Below are positions 1 through 10,634 of a DNA stretch of 64,000 nucleotides, piece after piece. Source of the DNA: an uncultured Methanomicrobiaceae archaeon (GTDB lineage: Archaea > Halobacteriota > Methanomicrobia > Methanomicrobiales > Methanoculleaceae). The notes beneath the pieces are model-generated. The model did not search any database, was not told where the DNA came from, and saw only the letters and a program-made list of their open reading frames with translations. The stretch spans positions 480,001 through 544,000 of the forward strand of contig CAWGXH010000004.1 in NCBI GenBank assembly GCA_963826525.1, in the 5' to 3' direction. Made by a program: the position numbers and the translations under genes. How positions within the stretch are numbered: the first letter of the stretch is position 1; each line of letters begins with the position of its first letter.

Positions 1-322
1 ATCGCGTCGATACCAAAGAGCTCCGGAGCGAGACCACGGGCCTGAGACGATCGGGATCTTCGCCACCCGGTCGCCGGTCAGGCCGAACCCGATCGCGCTC
101 TCGGCGGTTCCGGTTCTCGGGATCGATACTGCCGCCGGGATCATCGCGGTTCCGTATGTCGATGCCGACGACGGGACGCCGGTCCTGGATATCAAGCCGT
201 ACTTACCGGCGACCGAGCGCATCCGGGACGTGAAGGTGCCTGCCTGGTCCGCTCACTGGCCGCAGTGGTACGAGGACAATTGGGGATTCGACTGGGCGGC
301 GGAGTTCACCTTCGAGGACTGA
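1..322 (+). CDS. tsaA: TrmO/TsaA (UPF0066) family SAM-binding methyltransferase, 5' end outside window
   Basis: Manual translation GPETIGIFATRSPVRPNPIALS...DGTPVLDIKPY...WPQWYED*; FATRSPxRPNPI and GTPVLDIKPY are family hallmarks. Confidence 0.88.
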   Translation, partial: SRRYQRAPERDHGPETIGIFATRSPVRPNPIALSAVPVLGIDTAAGIIAVPYVDADDGTPVLDIKPYLPATERIRDVKVPAWSAHWPQWYEDNWGFDWAAEFTFED

Positions 323-342
323 ACGGAGAGCGGCCTTCCCGG

Positions 343-1828
343 TCATCCCGACCCGGCCAGCACATTGCCGATCCGGATCACCTCCCGCACGAGGAGATCG
401 AAGTCTTCTCGCCGGCTGCGATGATTTGCGATGCCGACGTGCAGGTAGTTCCGGCCCCGGAGACTGACGGTCGAGACAACAACAATCCCCTGCTCCTGGA
501 GTTCGGTCTCGATCCGCTTGTTCACCCCGTCGAGCGCGGCGTCGCTCATGCCGGGCCGGAGATAGCGGAAGTTGACGATGTTCAGCGAGACCGGCAGCGC
601 CAGCTCGAGCTCCGGAGCGGCCTCTACCAACCCGGCCAGATAGTGCGCCTGCTCGATATTCTGCTCGATGAGCCGCCCGTACCTCTCGGTGCCGTGCTCC
701 TTGAACGTCATCCAGGCCTTGAGCGCGTGAAAGCCGCGTGAGAGCTCGAAGCCATAATCGGAAAGCCAGGGGACGTCGATGCCGGTCAACCCGCGTTCTC
801 CTTCGCCGTGGGCGAGGTACGTCGGGGTCAGCGAGAACGCCCGGCGGTGCTCGTCGGCGTTCCTGACGAGGACGCAGCCGATAGGGTACGCCAGGTACAT
901 CCACTTGTGCAGATCGAACGCCAGGGAGTCCGCCCGCTCCATGCCGGCGACGAGATGGTTATACTTCGGAGCGATTGCTGTCCAGGCGCCGCAGGCACCG
1001 TCGACATGGAACCAGCAGTTCTCCTCGGCGCAGATGTCCGCGAGCGCGTTGAGGTCGTCGATCGCGGCCGTGCTGGTCGTCCCGGCGCACCCGACGATGC
1101 AGGCAGGACGTAAGCCGTCCGCACGGTCGCTTTTGATAGCCGCTTTCAGGGCCGCAAGGTCGATCTGCATCGACTCGTTCACCGGGATCCGGCGCAGCGC
1201 ATCGTCCCCGAAGCCGAGCAGTTCGACGGCCTTCTGGATCGAGGAATGGGCTTCCTCCGAGCAGTAGAGGGTCATCTGCTGCGGTGCGTTCGTCATTCCC
1301 CTGCTCCGGACGTCGAACCCGGCCATGGCGTTCCGGGCGACGGCCAGGGCGATCAGGTTCGAGGCGGAGCAGCCGCTGGTCAGAAGGCCGGTGGCGGTGG
1401 GGGGATACCGAAGGAGGGTCTTGCACCAGTCGACGACCTGCATCTCGACGTAGTTGTTGCTGACGTAGGAGAAGGCTCCGCTGACGGCGTCGGTCGAGGC
1501 CGCCAGGAACTCGGCGAACATGCCCATCACAGTCCCGGACCCGGCGACCCAGCCCCAGAACCGCGGGTGGCTGTTGCCGAGCTGGTAGGGGAGGATGCAC
1601 TCGAAGGTACTCCCGGTAGACCTCGTCGGGCGGTTCGGGGTCGGGCGGCGGCGGGCCCGTGAAGTGGGTTTTCACCTGCGGCGGCGCATGCTCCCAGACG
1701 GGACGGTCGCGCAGCGTCTCGAGATAGTCCATAGCGTCGTCGAGGATCCGGTGCCCGAGTGCCCGCATGGCCTCCCAGTCTTCCGGGTCCAGGGTTTCTT
1801 CGGAGCGTGCTTCGGTCTGTAGGTTCAT
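343..1828 (-). CDS. Group II PLP-dependent (aromatic-L-amino-acid-type) decarboxylase; one frameshift near 1605
   Basis: N-term TLDPEDWEAMRALGHR, HPRFWGWV, EEAHSSIQKA, WFHVDGACG, DLHKW PLP-lysine motif; joins ORFs 959..1954 and 343..1530. Confidence 0.88.
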
Positions 1829-2022
1829 GACGTTCCTCGTTTCACAGTCTTCGGATGAGAATATAATCCTGTTCGATGCGGGGGACAGCGGGATCTCGAC
1901 CGCTGTCACTGCGATCTTCTCCTTCACGGCCGGCTTTACGGCGTCGGGCGTCACCGGGCGGCCGGTATAGGGATTGTTCCCGTAGACAAACCCATTGCCG
2001 TGGGGAGTGGCTCGAACTGTTG

Positions 2023-2490
2023 TTAAGGCAGAAAAGAAAGGGGGGTTTTACTCCGCTTCAGCGAGTCGATTGCAACGGTGATGGGCTCGTCCCCGTCCAC
2101 GTGGACGATCTCTATCTCGTCGGGAGCGAGAACGGAGCCGGAGGAATACCCTCCGTCGTGCTCGATCAGAGTGAACGTCGCACCGTCACGGCCGATCACA
2201 CCGGCACAGGGAGAGGAGTCCCGGATTACGAATCCGCTCTTGTTCGTGACGGCGATCGTTCCCGAAAAGACCCGGTCCTGCTGCTCGGTGACGCTCATGG
2301 TGAGGGTGCAGCCGGAGAAGTCGGTATATCCCGCTCCGTCCACGTAGCCGACCATGGTGCCGCTCCAGTTCCCGACGAGGTCGGGAGTCCCGGCGGCGAC
2401 AGCAGTGGTCTGCTGGGAGGTGGTCGTGCATCCGCAGATCAGTACGGCGACGAGGAGGGTAATCGCACAGAGGACGATTTTCGCGTTCAT
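2023..2490 (-). CDS. Putative lipoprotein/secreted hypothetical protein
   Basis: Hydrophobic signal followed by ICGC lipobox-like motif; PDLVGNWSG; 3' paralog fragment at 5222-5338. Confidence 0.75.
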   Translation of the reverse strand: MNAKIVLCAITLLVAVLICGCTTTSQQTTAVAAGTPDLVGNWSGTMVGYVDGAGYTDFSGCTLTMSVTEQQDRVFSGTIAVTNKSGFVIRDSSPCAGVIGRDGATFTLIEHDGGYSSGSVLAPDEIEIVHVDGDEPITVAIDSLKRSKTPLSFLP

Positions 2491-2909
2491 AGTACCCTGG
2501 ATGAAGCCCGGTAAGAGATAAACCAGATCTTTTCGCGCCGCCGCGCCTGCCGACGTTCATCCATGAAAGAATCCCATCCCGCGTGTTGATGCCATCAGGT
2601 GAGGGGATACCCTGCCGCACCGAACCAGGCGTTCATACTCATTACGACGGGTGCGACAGGCAGGGGTGTCCGCCATCCCCTCTCACAGGGCCGGATAACC
2701 GCACGTATTCAACACAGGATACCCGGGGACAGCATATCGAAGGGTAACGCTCTCTGAGTGGAGGTCGGAGTTACTGAAACAGAGCGGAGGGACTCCTGTG
2801 AGTTCTATTCCGTGAGATAAGAGACGCAATTTTAGGGTCAGGGTCTTCCCTCGCCGGTAATCGGGACCTGTATCCCTCAAAGCAGACTCCACCGCCAACC
2901 TCTTCTCAC

Positions 2910-3182
2910 TCAGGCCGGTCCGGTTGGGCTCGCTGCGTCCGCCGGCAGGGCCACGAGCGTCTCGATCTCCATCCGGTCCAGCCGCCGCAGGGCCATCTCC
3001 ATCGCTGCTTTTTCGTTCGGGGCTTCGAAGAGCACGACGGTATCGTACCGTCCGAGCGTCCAGTAGATGCCGAGGTAGCGAACCCCTCCTTCCGTGTCGG
3101 TCTCGATATCTTTCAGGTTTTTGGCAACAACTTCCTCGGTCAGCTCCTGCTTGAACTTCGCCAGTGCAATAAACAGCATCAT
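2910..3182 (-). CDS. GYD-domain protein
   Basis: YWTLGRYDTVVLFEAP motif; GAGGTGA RBS upstream of MMLF start. Confidence 0.85.
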   Translation of the reverse strand: MMLFIALAKFKQELTEEVVAKNLKDIETDTEGGVRYLGIYWTLGRYDTVVLFEAPNEKAAMEMALRRLDRMEIETLVALPADAASPTGPA

Positions 3183-3553
3183 TTCACCTCGTCCCCTTGT
3201 CAGGACATTCCAACATGCGAGAGCGAACCAGATAAAGGTAGTATATACTATACGCATCCTCACAGGCGGCGAAAAGCGAGATGCGCCTCTCCTGGAAAGT
3301 TTTATCGGGAGAGAGGGGCGGAATGAGGGATTCACGCTCCGGCAGCGTACCGGAAGCGGAGCACGACCATCTCACGGGTGCAGGTCGTAGCATCCCGCGA
3401 GCCGGGCAACACCGCAGCCTCACGCTCACGGACGGCGAACGCCTTCCGATGTCAAAATGGAGGGCTCACTGCACGAGGAGAGCGGTTCGGCATGATACAA
3501 CCAAAGGTTTTTCTCGTCCGGAGGGTATTGCAACGGCAAAGGAGGGGAAGTAT

Positions 3554-5032
3554 TTGAGACGTTATATTCTGGTTGCATTCATCGTGACCCTGTTAATCGG
3601 ACCTGCCCTTGCACAGACTGGAGATACAGGTGATGTGGATGCTTTCCGACAGGCACTGGAGCAGGACGGATTCACCGTGCAGGAAGGCGAGATCGGCTAC
3701 TTCGATCTCATCAAATTGTATGATGAAGGAACGCTGCCGTCTGCATACGGAAACAATCCCGCCACGAAGTATCTGGCATACTTCGTCCCGCCGGCACCCG
3801 GCTATCCGGTGGACGAACGGATAGCAACGATAGCGAAGACGCTCGGCATGAGCGGGAACACCTCTTCGTTCTGGCATCTCGGTCCTGACGAGGCCGTCGT
3901 CTTCGTCGGAAACACGCCGCCGGAGTGCCGGTACTTCGGATACGATAACTATCTCATGAGCAGGACCTACGGAGATGGTGATACCCGGTGGATCTTCGCC
4001 AACGTCGCTGATTCGCTGAATAACCTGGTCATCAACACTGACGGGATCAGCGGGAGACCCGTTCAACCGGACGACGGTGATCGTCTCCACGGCCGACCGG
4101 GGGATCGACGAGCGCATCCGTGCTGCCGCCCGAATCGGCGGGGTATCGGACGGCATGATGAACACCCAGGTGTTTCCCTCGTCCATCCTGAAGATGGGTC
4201 TCGAGAACGACTCCGATACGTTCGCCATCTTCATCCGCCCGGCTCTCTTCGCCGATAAACAGGCCGGCGCCGAGATACATCAATAACACCCCGGCGACCA
4301 TCTTCCGCGTGACGCCCAAAAACGCGACGGAACTGGACCCGTATGCGTATCCGAAGCTGCGGGTCCGCGGAACCGGGGAGACGGAGCTTGACCTTACGGA
4401 CGATCTGAGCGACCTCAGAGATGCGATTCTCGAGCGATACAGCAACCTGAACGCCACGGAACTTCCGACGGCTCAGGGATTCCCGGAAGGGAACGATGCT
4501 ATCCAGCGGGGGATCGACGCCGTAGGCCCCAGCAACGATGCAGCGTACTCATGGACCGCAAACCAGACGGTCATCCTCGCCGACGCCGCCTTTCTTCGAC
4601 ACCTCGCAGTACTATGACTTCCTGCGAAACCCGCCGATCACCCTCGGGAACGATACCGATGAGTTCATCATCGTCTACGGGGTCAACCACGTAGCCACCG
4701 GGAAGGCGACGTACGCGAGCTTCTCCTCTACGGAGCGGACGTCTGGAACGGCGTCGGATCGATCACCGACGCGGACTTTTCCGGAACCGCCGAGGAGTAC
4801 CTCCCGGACAACCCGAACGCGAAGTACCTGTACGTCTACAAGATCGCGAGGAACTGCAGCGGCGACCCGCACTGCTTTGAGGTTCCCTCGGGCGTCGGCA
4901 GGTTACGGCATCGAGCCGGACCAGCCGCTCTACATTATCTGGAGGAGCTACCTGGAGAATGCTACAAAGACCGGACCGTCCTACTCGGAGATCGTGTACG
5001 ACCGGGCCATAAAGTTCGACCCGGAGGGGTAG
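3554..5032 (+). CDS. Large secreted hypothetical protein, split by several frameshifts
   Basis: TTG start after GGAGGGG; signal peptide LRRYILVAFIVTLLIGPALA; ORF pieces 3281..4258, 4077..4286, 4309..4617 and 4538..5032 join into one coding run ending DRAIKFDPEG*. Confidence 0.7.
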
Positions 5033-5075
5033 GGGTAACGGAGCCGGGATAGGAGAACGAATCCCGGCCAGAATC

Positions 5076-5112
5076 GGGATGGGGAGATCGACAAACCCAT
5101 CCCTTCGTTTTT
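5076..5112 (+). terminator. Hairpin plus T-rich tail after the secreted-protein gene
   Basis: GGGATGGG (5076-5083) pairs with CCCATCCC (5096-5103), followed by TTCGTTTTT. Confidence 0.4.
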
Positions 5113-5221
5113 GACAGCGGTAACGCCAGATCGGCCGGTGCGGAGATTCGTTCCCGAGGGGGTATCTCGTTACCGCAGAGCGTGACGTTGCCCGAACGGT
5201 TGCTTAAAAAGGGGGTCTCGC

Positions 5222-5338
5222 TCAGCTCTTCTTCAGCGCATTGATTGCGATGTCGACGGGCTCGTTTCCATCCGCGGAGATGAGTTTTATCTCGTCGGGA
5301 GCGGTAAGGGAGCCGGAAGAATACCCTCCCCCGTGCTC
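5222..5338 (-). pseudogene. 3' fragment of a paralog of the 2023-2490 lipoprotein
   Basis: EHGGGYSSGSLTAPDEIKLISADGNEPVDIAINALKKS* aligns with EHDGGYSSGSVLAPDEIEIVHVDGDEPITVAIDSLKRS; truncated abruptly at an AT-rich junction at ~5339. Confidence 0.85.
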
Positions 5339-5606
5339 ATACACTCACTATTTTCACAAAATCATAGCTTTTCCGGTAATTCAAGTGAAAATGAGGTGGT
5401 TATTCACATGCCCATATCGCCGTAAGTGAAATGTAATGATTAAAGATAGGGAGCGAATAAGGTCACTCGCTTTTTTGCCGCTGCTGCTGCCTTCTTTATT
5501 CCTGCGATAGTTTGCTCTACGGGTCTAATCGGCTAAATGATATGATATTTGGGTGTGCAGGTCTTGCTGCAGCGCTATCGGAAAGCTCGTCAACGGAGTT
5601 AGGGTT

Positions 5607-5972
5607 TCACGCCCGTACCCATTCCCAGGCTTCGGCCAGCCGCTCCTTTTTGAAAAACCGGAGTTCGGTCCGGGTCAGGGTGGTGAATGTCTTGAATAGC
5701 AGGGTCATCCATTCATCCCAATTCTCGTCGATGACCGCCGCCATCTTTTCGACTGCCGAGAACTTTAGACCGAGAAGAAAGTCCTCCCAAGCCCCACCGA
5801 CCGTCCAACCCTCGAACCCCTCAATGACCCATACCATCCTGATCTTCGGGTATTCCTTCATGGCCCTTTCTATCTCCGGGATAAGAAGGTCCTGGTAATC
5901 GGCTTCGCTCAGCTTCCCGCTTATCCGGAACCCAAGAATGTTTCCGGAACTCTCTGGCAGTTTCTCTATCAT
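5607..5972 (-). CDS. SpoIIAA-like (STAS/SEC14) domain protein
   Basis: GNILGFRISGKLSEADY...FEGWTVGGAWED...AEAWEWV pattern. Confidence 0.85.
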   Translation of the reverse strand: MIEKLPESSGNILGFRISGKLSEADYQDLLIPEIERAMKEYPKIRMVWVIEGFEGWTVGGAWEDFLLGLKFSAVEKMAAVIDENWDEWMTLLFKTFTTLTRTELRFFKKERLAEAWEWVRA

Positions 5973-6054
5973 TGTCTCATCCCGGGACAGGAGTCAGGAG
6001 CAGAACTATTTAATATTTCCTGGTGCCCGCCCGGCCGGAAGATACCAAAAAGAT

Positions 6055-6357
6055 CCCTGTTTCAAGGTAGGGATCCACACAATTGAAGGCAGGATGCCCG
6101 GCTGCCGGAAAACCCGACCATTGGTACCAGAGACCCTACCCCCGCTGAAAATGCATCTGCTGCCGGGGTGGTACCTGATTCGAACCACGCACTACCGGTG
6201 AGCCGATACAGCTGCTGATAGCAAGCCCCTCCTCTCCTATGAAAACATCACCTCCGGGCGCGATGGTAGTTACGCCGACGTTAACCGCAGCAACTGGAAC
6301 TATGAGCACTGCTATGGCGGTACACACAATCACCCCAGGACTGAATCGCCTGATCAT
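6055..6357 (-). pseudogene. Degraded N-terminal fragment of a DUF3821-type (S-layer-like) secreted protein
   Basis: Signal peptide, then TIAPGGDVFIGEEGLAISSCIG, and across frameshifts AWFESGTTPAAD and YQWSG...PAF..VDPYLE; no C-terminal part. Confidence 0.6.
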
Positions 6358-6527
6358 TCCCCTGATCCCCTGCAAAGGTTCCAGGAGTAAACAGCTTATC
6401 CCGGGGTATACAGTCGCGATGGCTTTGATACCCCTGTTTCGCGGAGGTTGGGGGCAAGACCGGTTCACCAGAAGCCGTGAGATTGCGTGTAAAAGATACC
6501 TCCAAAAAATTTCCGGTCGGTTGAGCG

Positions 6528-7872
6528 TCAGGAGTCCGTGGGACTGGATGCTGAACTATTCAGGGCCCTGACGGTCTTTTCATAGGCTTCCTGGATCCGT
6601 TGGCGGTCATAGTCAGCCGGAACACCATTCGGAATTTCATCTTTTACCAGCGAAGCATGATGGAGAAGCACCAGCCGCTGATCGTCTGTCCTGATATGAG
6701 ATGCTACATTTGAAATGGTATTGAGCATCGCAATGAACAGATCTGCATTCCCCCGACCGTACTGCCGGATAAGATTGAAAGAGTTGTCGGCAAGATCTTT
6801 GAAGGAGTCAGTCCGGACAACGATCCGGAGACGTCCTTCATCATCGACCCGATCACCAACCAGATCTCCCTCCTCGGCAATCAGTCCCAGGGCCGCCCCG
6901 AGTCGGTTCAACACCATGACCGGGGTTATCGGGTCATTCACTGCGGGAGAGAGCGCTCGTGAAGCAATATTGACGAGCAGGGCAATCCCAAACTTCGGAT
7001 CCTGGCGCAGGGTCCGGTAATTCCCGATGTAAAAGGATCGCCGGAGGAGTTTCGTGGTATGGTCATCAAGTCTGCCCGGACTGGCCCTGAGGAGCGGGTC
7101 TCCGGCATTCACGAAATTACCGGCACTGCAACAGACGTATAAGACCTGATTTTTGTTCTTTGCAGCATCCATCAGAGTTTCATAGTCTACTACCCTGATG
7201 TAGCCTGTTTTCCGCGAAGGAATAACCTGTCCTTCAGACGGCTCCTTTTCAGAGGGCAGGATTGGCTCCTTTTTCCCGGAACCGCCGGAAGATCCCGGAA
7301 GGATATTGCTCCTGATCGATTTGTCAAGATATCTGCCAAGAAAAGCGTTGATATTTGCTGACTGAAGAAGGGAGGCGACATGCTGGAAAAAGTAGACGAG
7401 CAGGGCCAGGTCGAGGATAAAGAGCGCAAATCCGAACGTTACCGAGAGGACAGGAAGGACATTTTGGAATGAGCCGTTTGAGAGGATTATGATGATGGCG
7501 AGATCGTACATGATCGATGCGCTATAGGCGCCAAGTTACTATCTGGGTGCTGATGTCACGGAGAAATACGCGGAGGATCACCGATCCAAACTGTGAAGTG
7601 GACATGGTAAGAGGTACCAGCGTAATGGAAAAGACCACGCCGATAACCCCGAGCTGGGCGGTAGCAAGGGTGACGAGCGTGGAATGTACATTGGTGGGAT
7701 TGATGTGAAGGACAAAATAGATCTCCTGAATCAGGGTCGCGGGAATCGTCTGATCAAGGTGACTTACACCGACGGCCAGAACGATGGCGATGATGCTCAT
7801 CACGAGAGGTACAAACCAGTACGTCGACCTGATCAGATCATACGTATCAAGCAGCCAGATTTTTGATACCAT
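6528..7872 (-). CDS. DUF2254 family membrane protein; disrupted near 7515
   Basis: YWFVP, VFSITLVPLTMSTSQFG, RTLRQDPKFGI..LVNIASRALSPAVNDP motifs; AAGGAGGA RBS. Confidence 0.85.
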
Positions 7873-8078
7873 CAGAATCTCCTCCTTCAGGTACGTTCGT
7901 GTACCCGGATCTGGGTGGCTATCAGGCTGGAAGTATATTAATTCCAACACCTCCGGTAGACGCAAGTGACCGGAAGGTACCCCGGATATACCTTGAGAGA
8001 TAAGAATCATGGAAAAAAGGACAGATTACCTGAAATTATCCCTACCCATCCCAAATTTTTTATTTTTGTTCTGTAGTG

Positions 8079-8948
8079 TCAGCCCGGGAATTCCACGGCG
8101 GCAGTAACGAACTGAATCCAGTTGTCCCGATCTACGAATCCGTAGTGTCCCACACCCTCCCAAGGGTGGGATGTGCACTGTTTGAGCTCTTCGCACAAGT
8201 GCAGTGGCATTTTGGGCGAGATGATGTCGTCGGCAGTCCCGTAAAAGAGCTCAACGGGCTGGATGATGTCATGGGGTGAGAATCCCCAATCCCAAAGGGC
8301 CATCGTCTCCTCGTAGGCGCCTTCTTCCTCCTGGATGAAGCCGAGGCGGAAATTTTCTTCGAAGAGTGCTTGCTGCTCTGGATTGCGCATCATTGTTTTC
8401 GCTTCATTCGGCAATTCGTCGACCATAGACTCCACATAGGACGGGATGTCTTTCGTGACCTTCTTCGCCTCGGAGCGCTCCGCCCATCGGATAAGGCGAT
8501 GCAGGTGCCGCAGCCTCGCGATCGTCTTCAGGTCTTTCATCACGAGCATCTTGGTGACGCCGGGTTCATCGAAGGGAGACACCGGAGATGCCAACGTGAC
8601 CTTGCTAACGCGATCGGGCATATGGAAAGCAATCGCGAGTGCGTGTGGTCCGCCGCCGGAATGACCCGCAACGTTAAACCGTTGCAAACCGAGATAGTCC
8701 GCGAGTTCTTCCATATCGGATCCCCAATCCACCATTTTACGCCCCTTCTTTGGGCTTGATCCACCAACGCCCGGCTGGTCGGCAGCGATCCAACGTGCGC
8801 CAAGCGACGCGGTCAATGTATCATCCGGATTTCGGAGTACGTGAGAATCGGTAAATCCGTGGCTAAAGATCACCGGGGTCCCATCCGGGTCGCCATACAT
8901 ATCGAATGCAAGCGTTCTGCCATCCATAAGTGTCATTGTCTCGGTCAT
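8079..8948 (-). CDS. Alpha/beta fold hydrolase
   Basis: HGF oxyanion motif, DQPGVGGS, GHSGG nucleophile elbow, catalytic D and H near the C-terminus. Confidence 0.92.
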   Translation of the reverse strand: MTETMTLMDGRTLAFDMYGDPDGTPVIFSHGFTDSHVLRNPDDTLTASLGARWIAADQPGVGGSSPKKGRKMVDWGSDMEELADYLGLQRFNVAGHSGGGPHALAIAFHMPDRVSKVTLASPVSPFDEPGVTKMLVMKDLKTIARLRHLHRLIRWAERSEAKKVTKDIPSYVESMVDELPNEAKTMMRNPEQQALFEENFRLGFIQEEEGAYEETMALWDWGFSPHDIIQPVELFYGTADDIISPKMPLHLCEELKQCTSHPWEGVGHYGFVDRDNWIQFVTAAVEFPG

Positions 8949-9126
8949 AAGTTTCCCCCCGTTTTGGAGATGTAACGGTACCGGTATATATATGGCGGTG
9001 ACGGAGGTCCGGCCCCTTTGACCTGGCTCTCACGAACCGATCATCAGTATCGGGTCCTCCGAGGGCAGTACAGGTATGGCCGGCCAGGCGATCTGAACGG
9101 TGATCTGTCGGCCTCGTCGACGGCGC

Positions 9127-9195
9127 CTACAGACCGGCCATCTCCCTGGCGAACGTCCGGGCGGCATCGATCTCGGCGGGATTCGGGCGGTCGCA
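9127..9195 (-). pseudogene. Possible flavodoxin-like C-terminal remnant
   Basis: DRPNPAEIDAARTFAREMAGL* resembles the RPxxxDxxxAxxFA tail of flavodoxins; no intact N-terminus. Confidence 0.35.
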
Positions 9196-9375
9196 ACTGA
9201 AGAGCAGGGCGGCCTGCCTGCCTCACCCTGGCAATATTTTTATGATTCTCTGGAAACCATGCCCCGGTGAACTCCGCGATGAACACCAGGGATCTTGAGA
9301 AAGTGGTCTGCTCACTCTCGTCCGCCTGATTCTAAAGAAAGAGGTGATGAGGGGACGGTATCCCCAAGAATTGTA

Positions 9376-9779
9376 TCAGGCCGGAGGGGCGGGGACGACG
9401 AGGTACGTGGCGTACCCGTCGCCGATGTTCCTCGTCACGTGACCCCTGCCCGAGGTGTCTTCCAGCAGGACGAGGTCGCCGGGCACGAACCGCCTGATCT
9501 CCCGTCCGTCGTCTCCATCTCCACCTCGCCCGAGAGGAGGGCGAGGAACTGCCGGGCGGGAGCCGGGTGCAGTTCGCCGACCCAGCCGGGCTCGAAGGTG
9601 TAGAAGCGGTACTTCGACGCGGGCTTATCCTCGGAGACATAGAACGGGGCAGCGGGCGGCGCTGCCTGCACGAGACGCTGCTCGACCGTCACGCTGTCGA
9701 AGTGCGAGTCGCCCTGCGCGTCCGTGGAGATCCGGTGATACGTCACCTGGCCCGGATTGAAGGAGAATATTTTCGTCAT
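9376..9779 (-). CDS. Cupin-domain protein; frameshift near 9500
   Basis: HPAPARQF..LSGEVEMETTDG continues after a shift as IRRFVPGDLVLLEDTSGRGHVTR. Confidence 0.82.
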
Positions 9780-10149
9780 GGTTTCCCCCGGTGCGATCTG
9801 CGGGTCGGGATCTGCTTCCCGACAGGATTACAGACTGACCGGGGAGGGATAAATGTTACGGGATCGCCGATCATATCGGGGCCGGGTTTTCCGTGGTGAT
9901 GGGGGAGGTGCGATACTTGCGAGATCCGTCCACCGTACCGTCTCACCGGCAGGTCGTGGAAGAGGCCGTGGCCGGAGTGCCGGCCTGAACATAGGCAATC
10001 AGACCCTGAAGAAGGATGCAGAAGGAAGGAGGTCGTTCACCACGAACGGGCATGACGGGGAGCGATTTAAGAAATGGAACGTATGACTCCTTTTCGGTCT
10101 GCGATGGCGTAAAATAAGATATGGATGTATGGGCTCGTTCTTAACATCT

Positions 10150-10443
10150 TCACTTGAGAAGCGTGTCGACTGCTGCAGTGAGGGGAATAACCGGAGAAAC
10201 TCGTCCGGTATGATGCGTGAGCAGTTTGCCGGATAAGAATGCGGAGATATTTTTGAAATCGTCGGATTCGAGAACAAAGTAGAATGTATGTTCATTCGGA
10301 CAGGAATATGCTCCGTGAACCTTTACACCGAGTTTCTTTGCCAGATCATCCATACCATCGACCAGTTGCATTGTATCGGTTTTAAATTCCTCCCTCGCAA
10401 GACAGAGTTCGGGTGGATGAACAAGGGTTACCACAAACATCAT
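10150..10443 (-). CDS. Small DUF3303/GYD-like protein
   Basis: MFVVTLVHPPELC...GVKVHGAY...EHTFYFVLESDD; GACGGTGA RBS-like sequence and TATA-rich region upstream. Confidence 0.7.
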   Translation of the reverse strand: MMFVVTLVHPPELCLAREEFKTDTMQLVDGMDDLAKKLGVKVHGAYSCPNEHTFYFVLESDDFKNISAFLSGKLLTHHTGRVSPVIPLTAAVDTLLK

Positions 10444-10634
10444 GGTTCTCACCGTCAGACCAGAGAACGCATTTATGATATAAAACTACCGTGAGCAGAA
10501 AGAATGCCACCCGACACCGGTTCCGAGCTGTGAGCGTGACCCGGTAAAACCGAGCGGTTGCACATTTTTGTCAAACAACCTTCATCTCCCCCGAAATCCC
10601 ACAGAGCTAGCAACGGAGGGGATCCGGGAGCAGT

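Noticed and set aside
2925-2935. 11-bp match to the tRNA-Val 3' end as an att site
   Set aside because: Too short, lies inside the GYD coding sequence, and is plausible by chance.
5178-10561. Weak shared motif GAGCGTGAC...CCGA(A/G)CGGTTGC at 5178 and 10532
   Set aside because: Short, with variable spacing and only two clear copies; cannot be separated from chance by eye.
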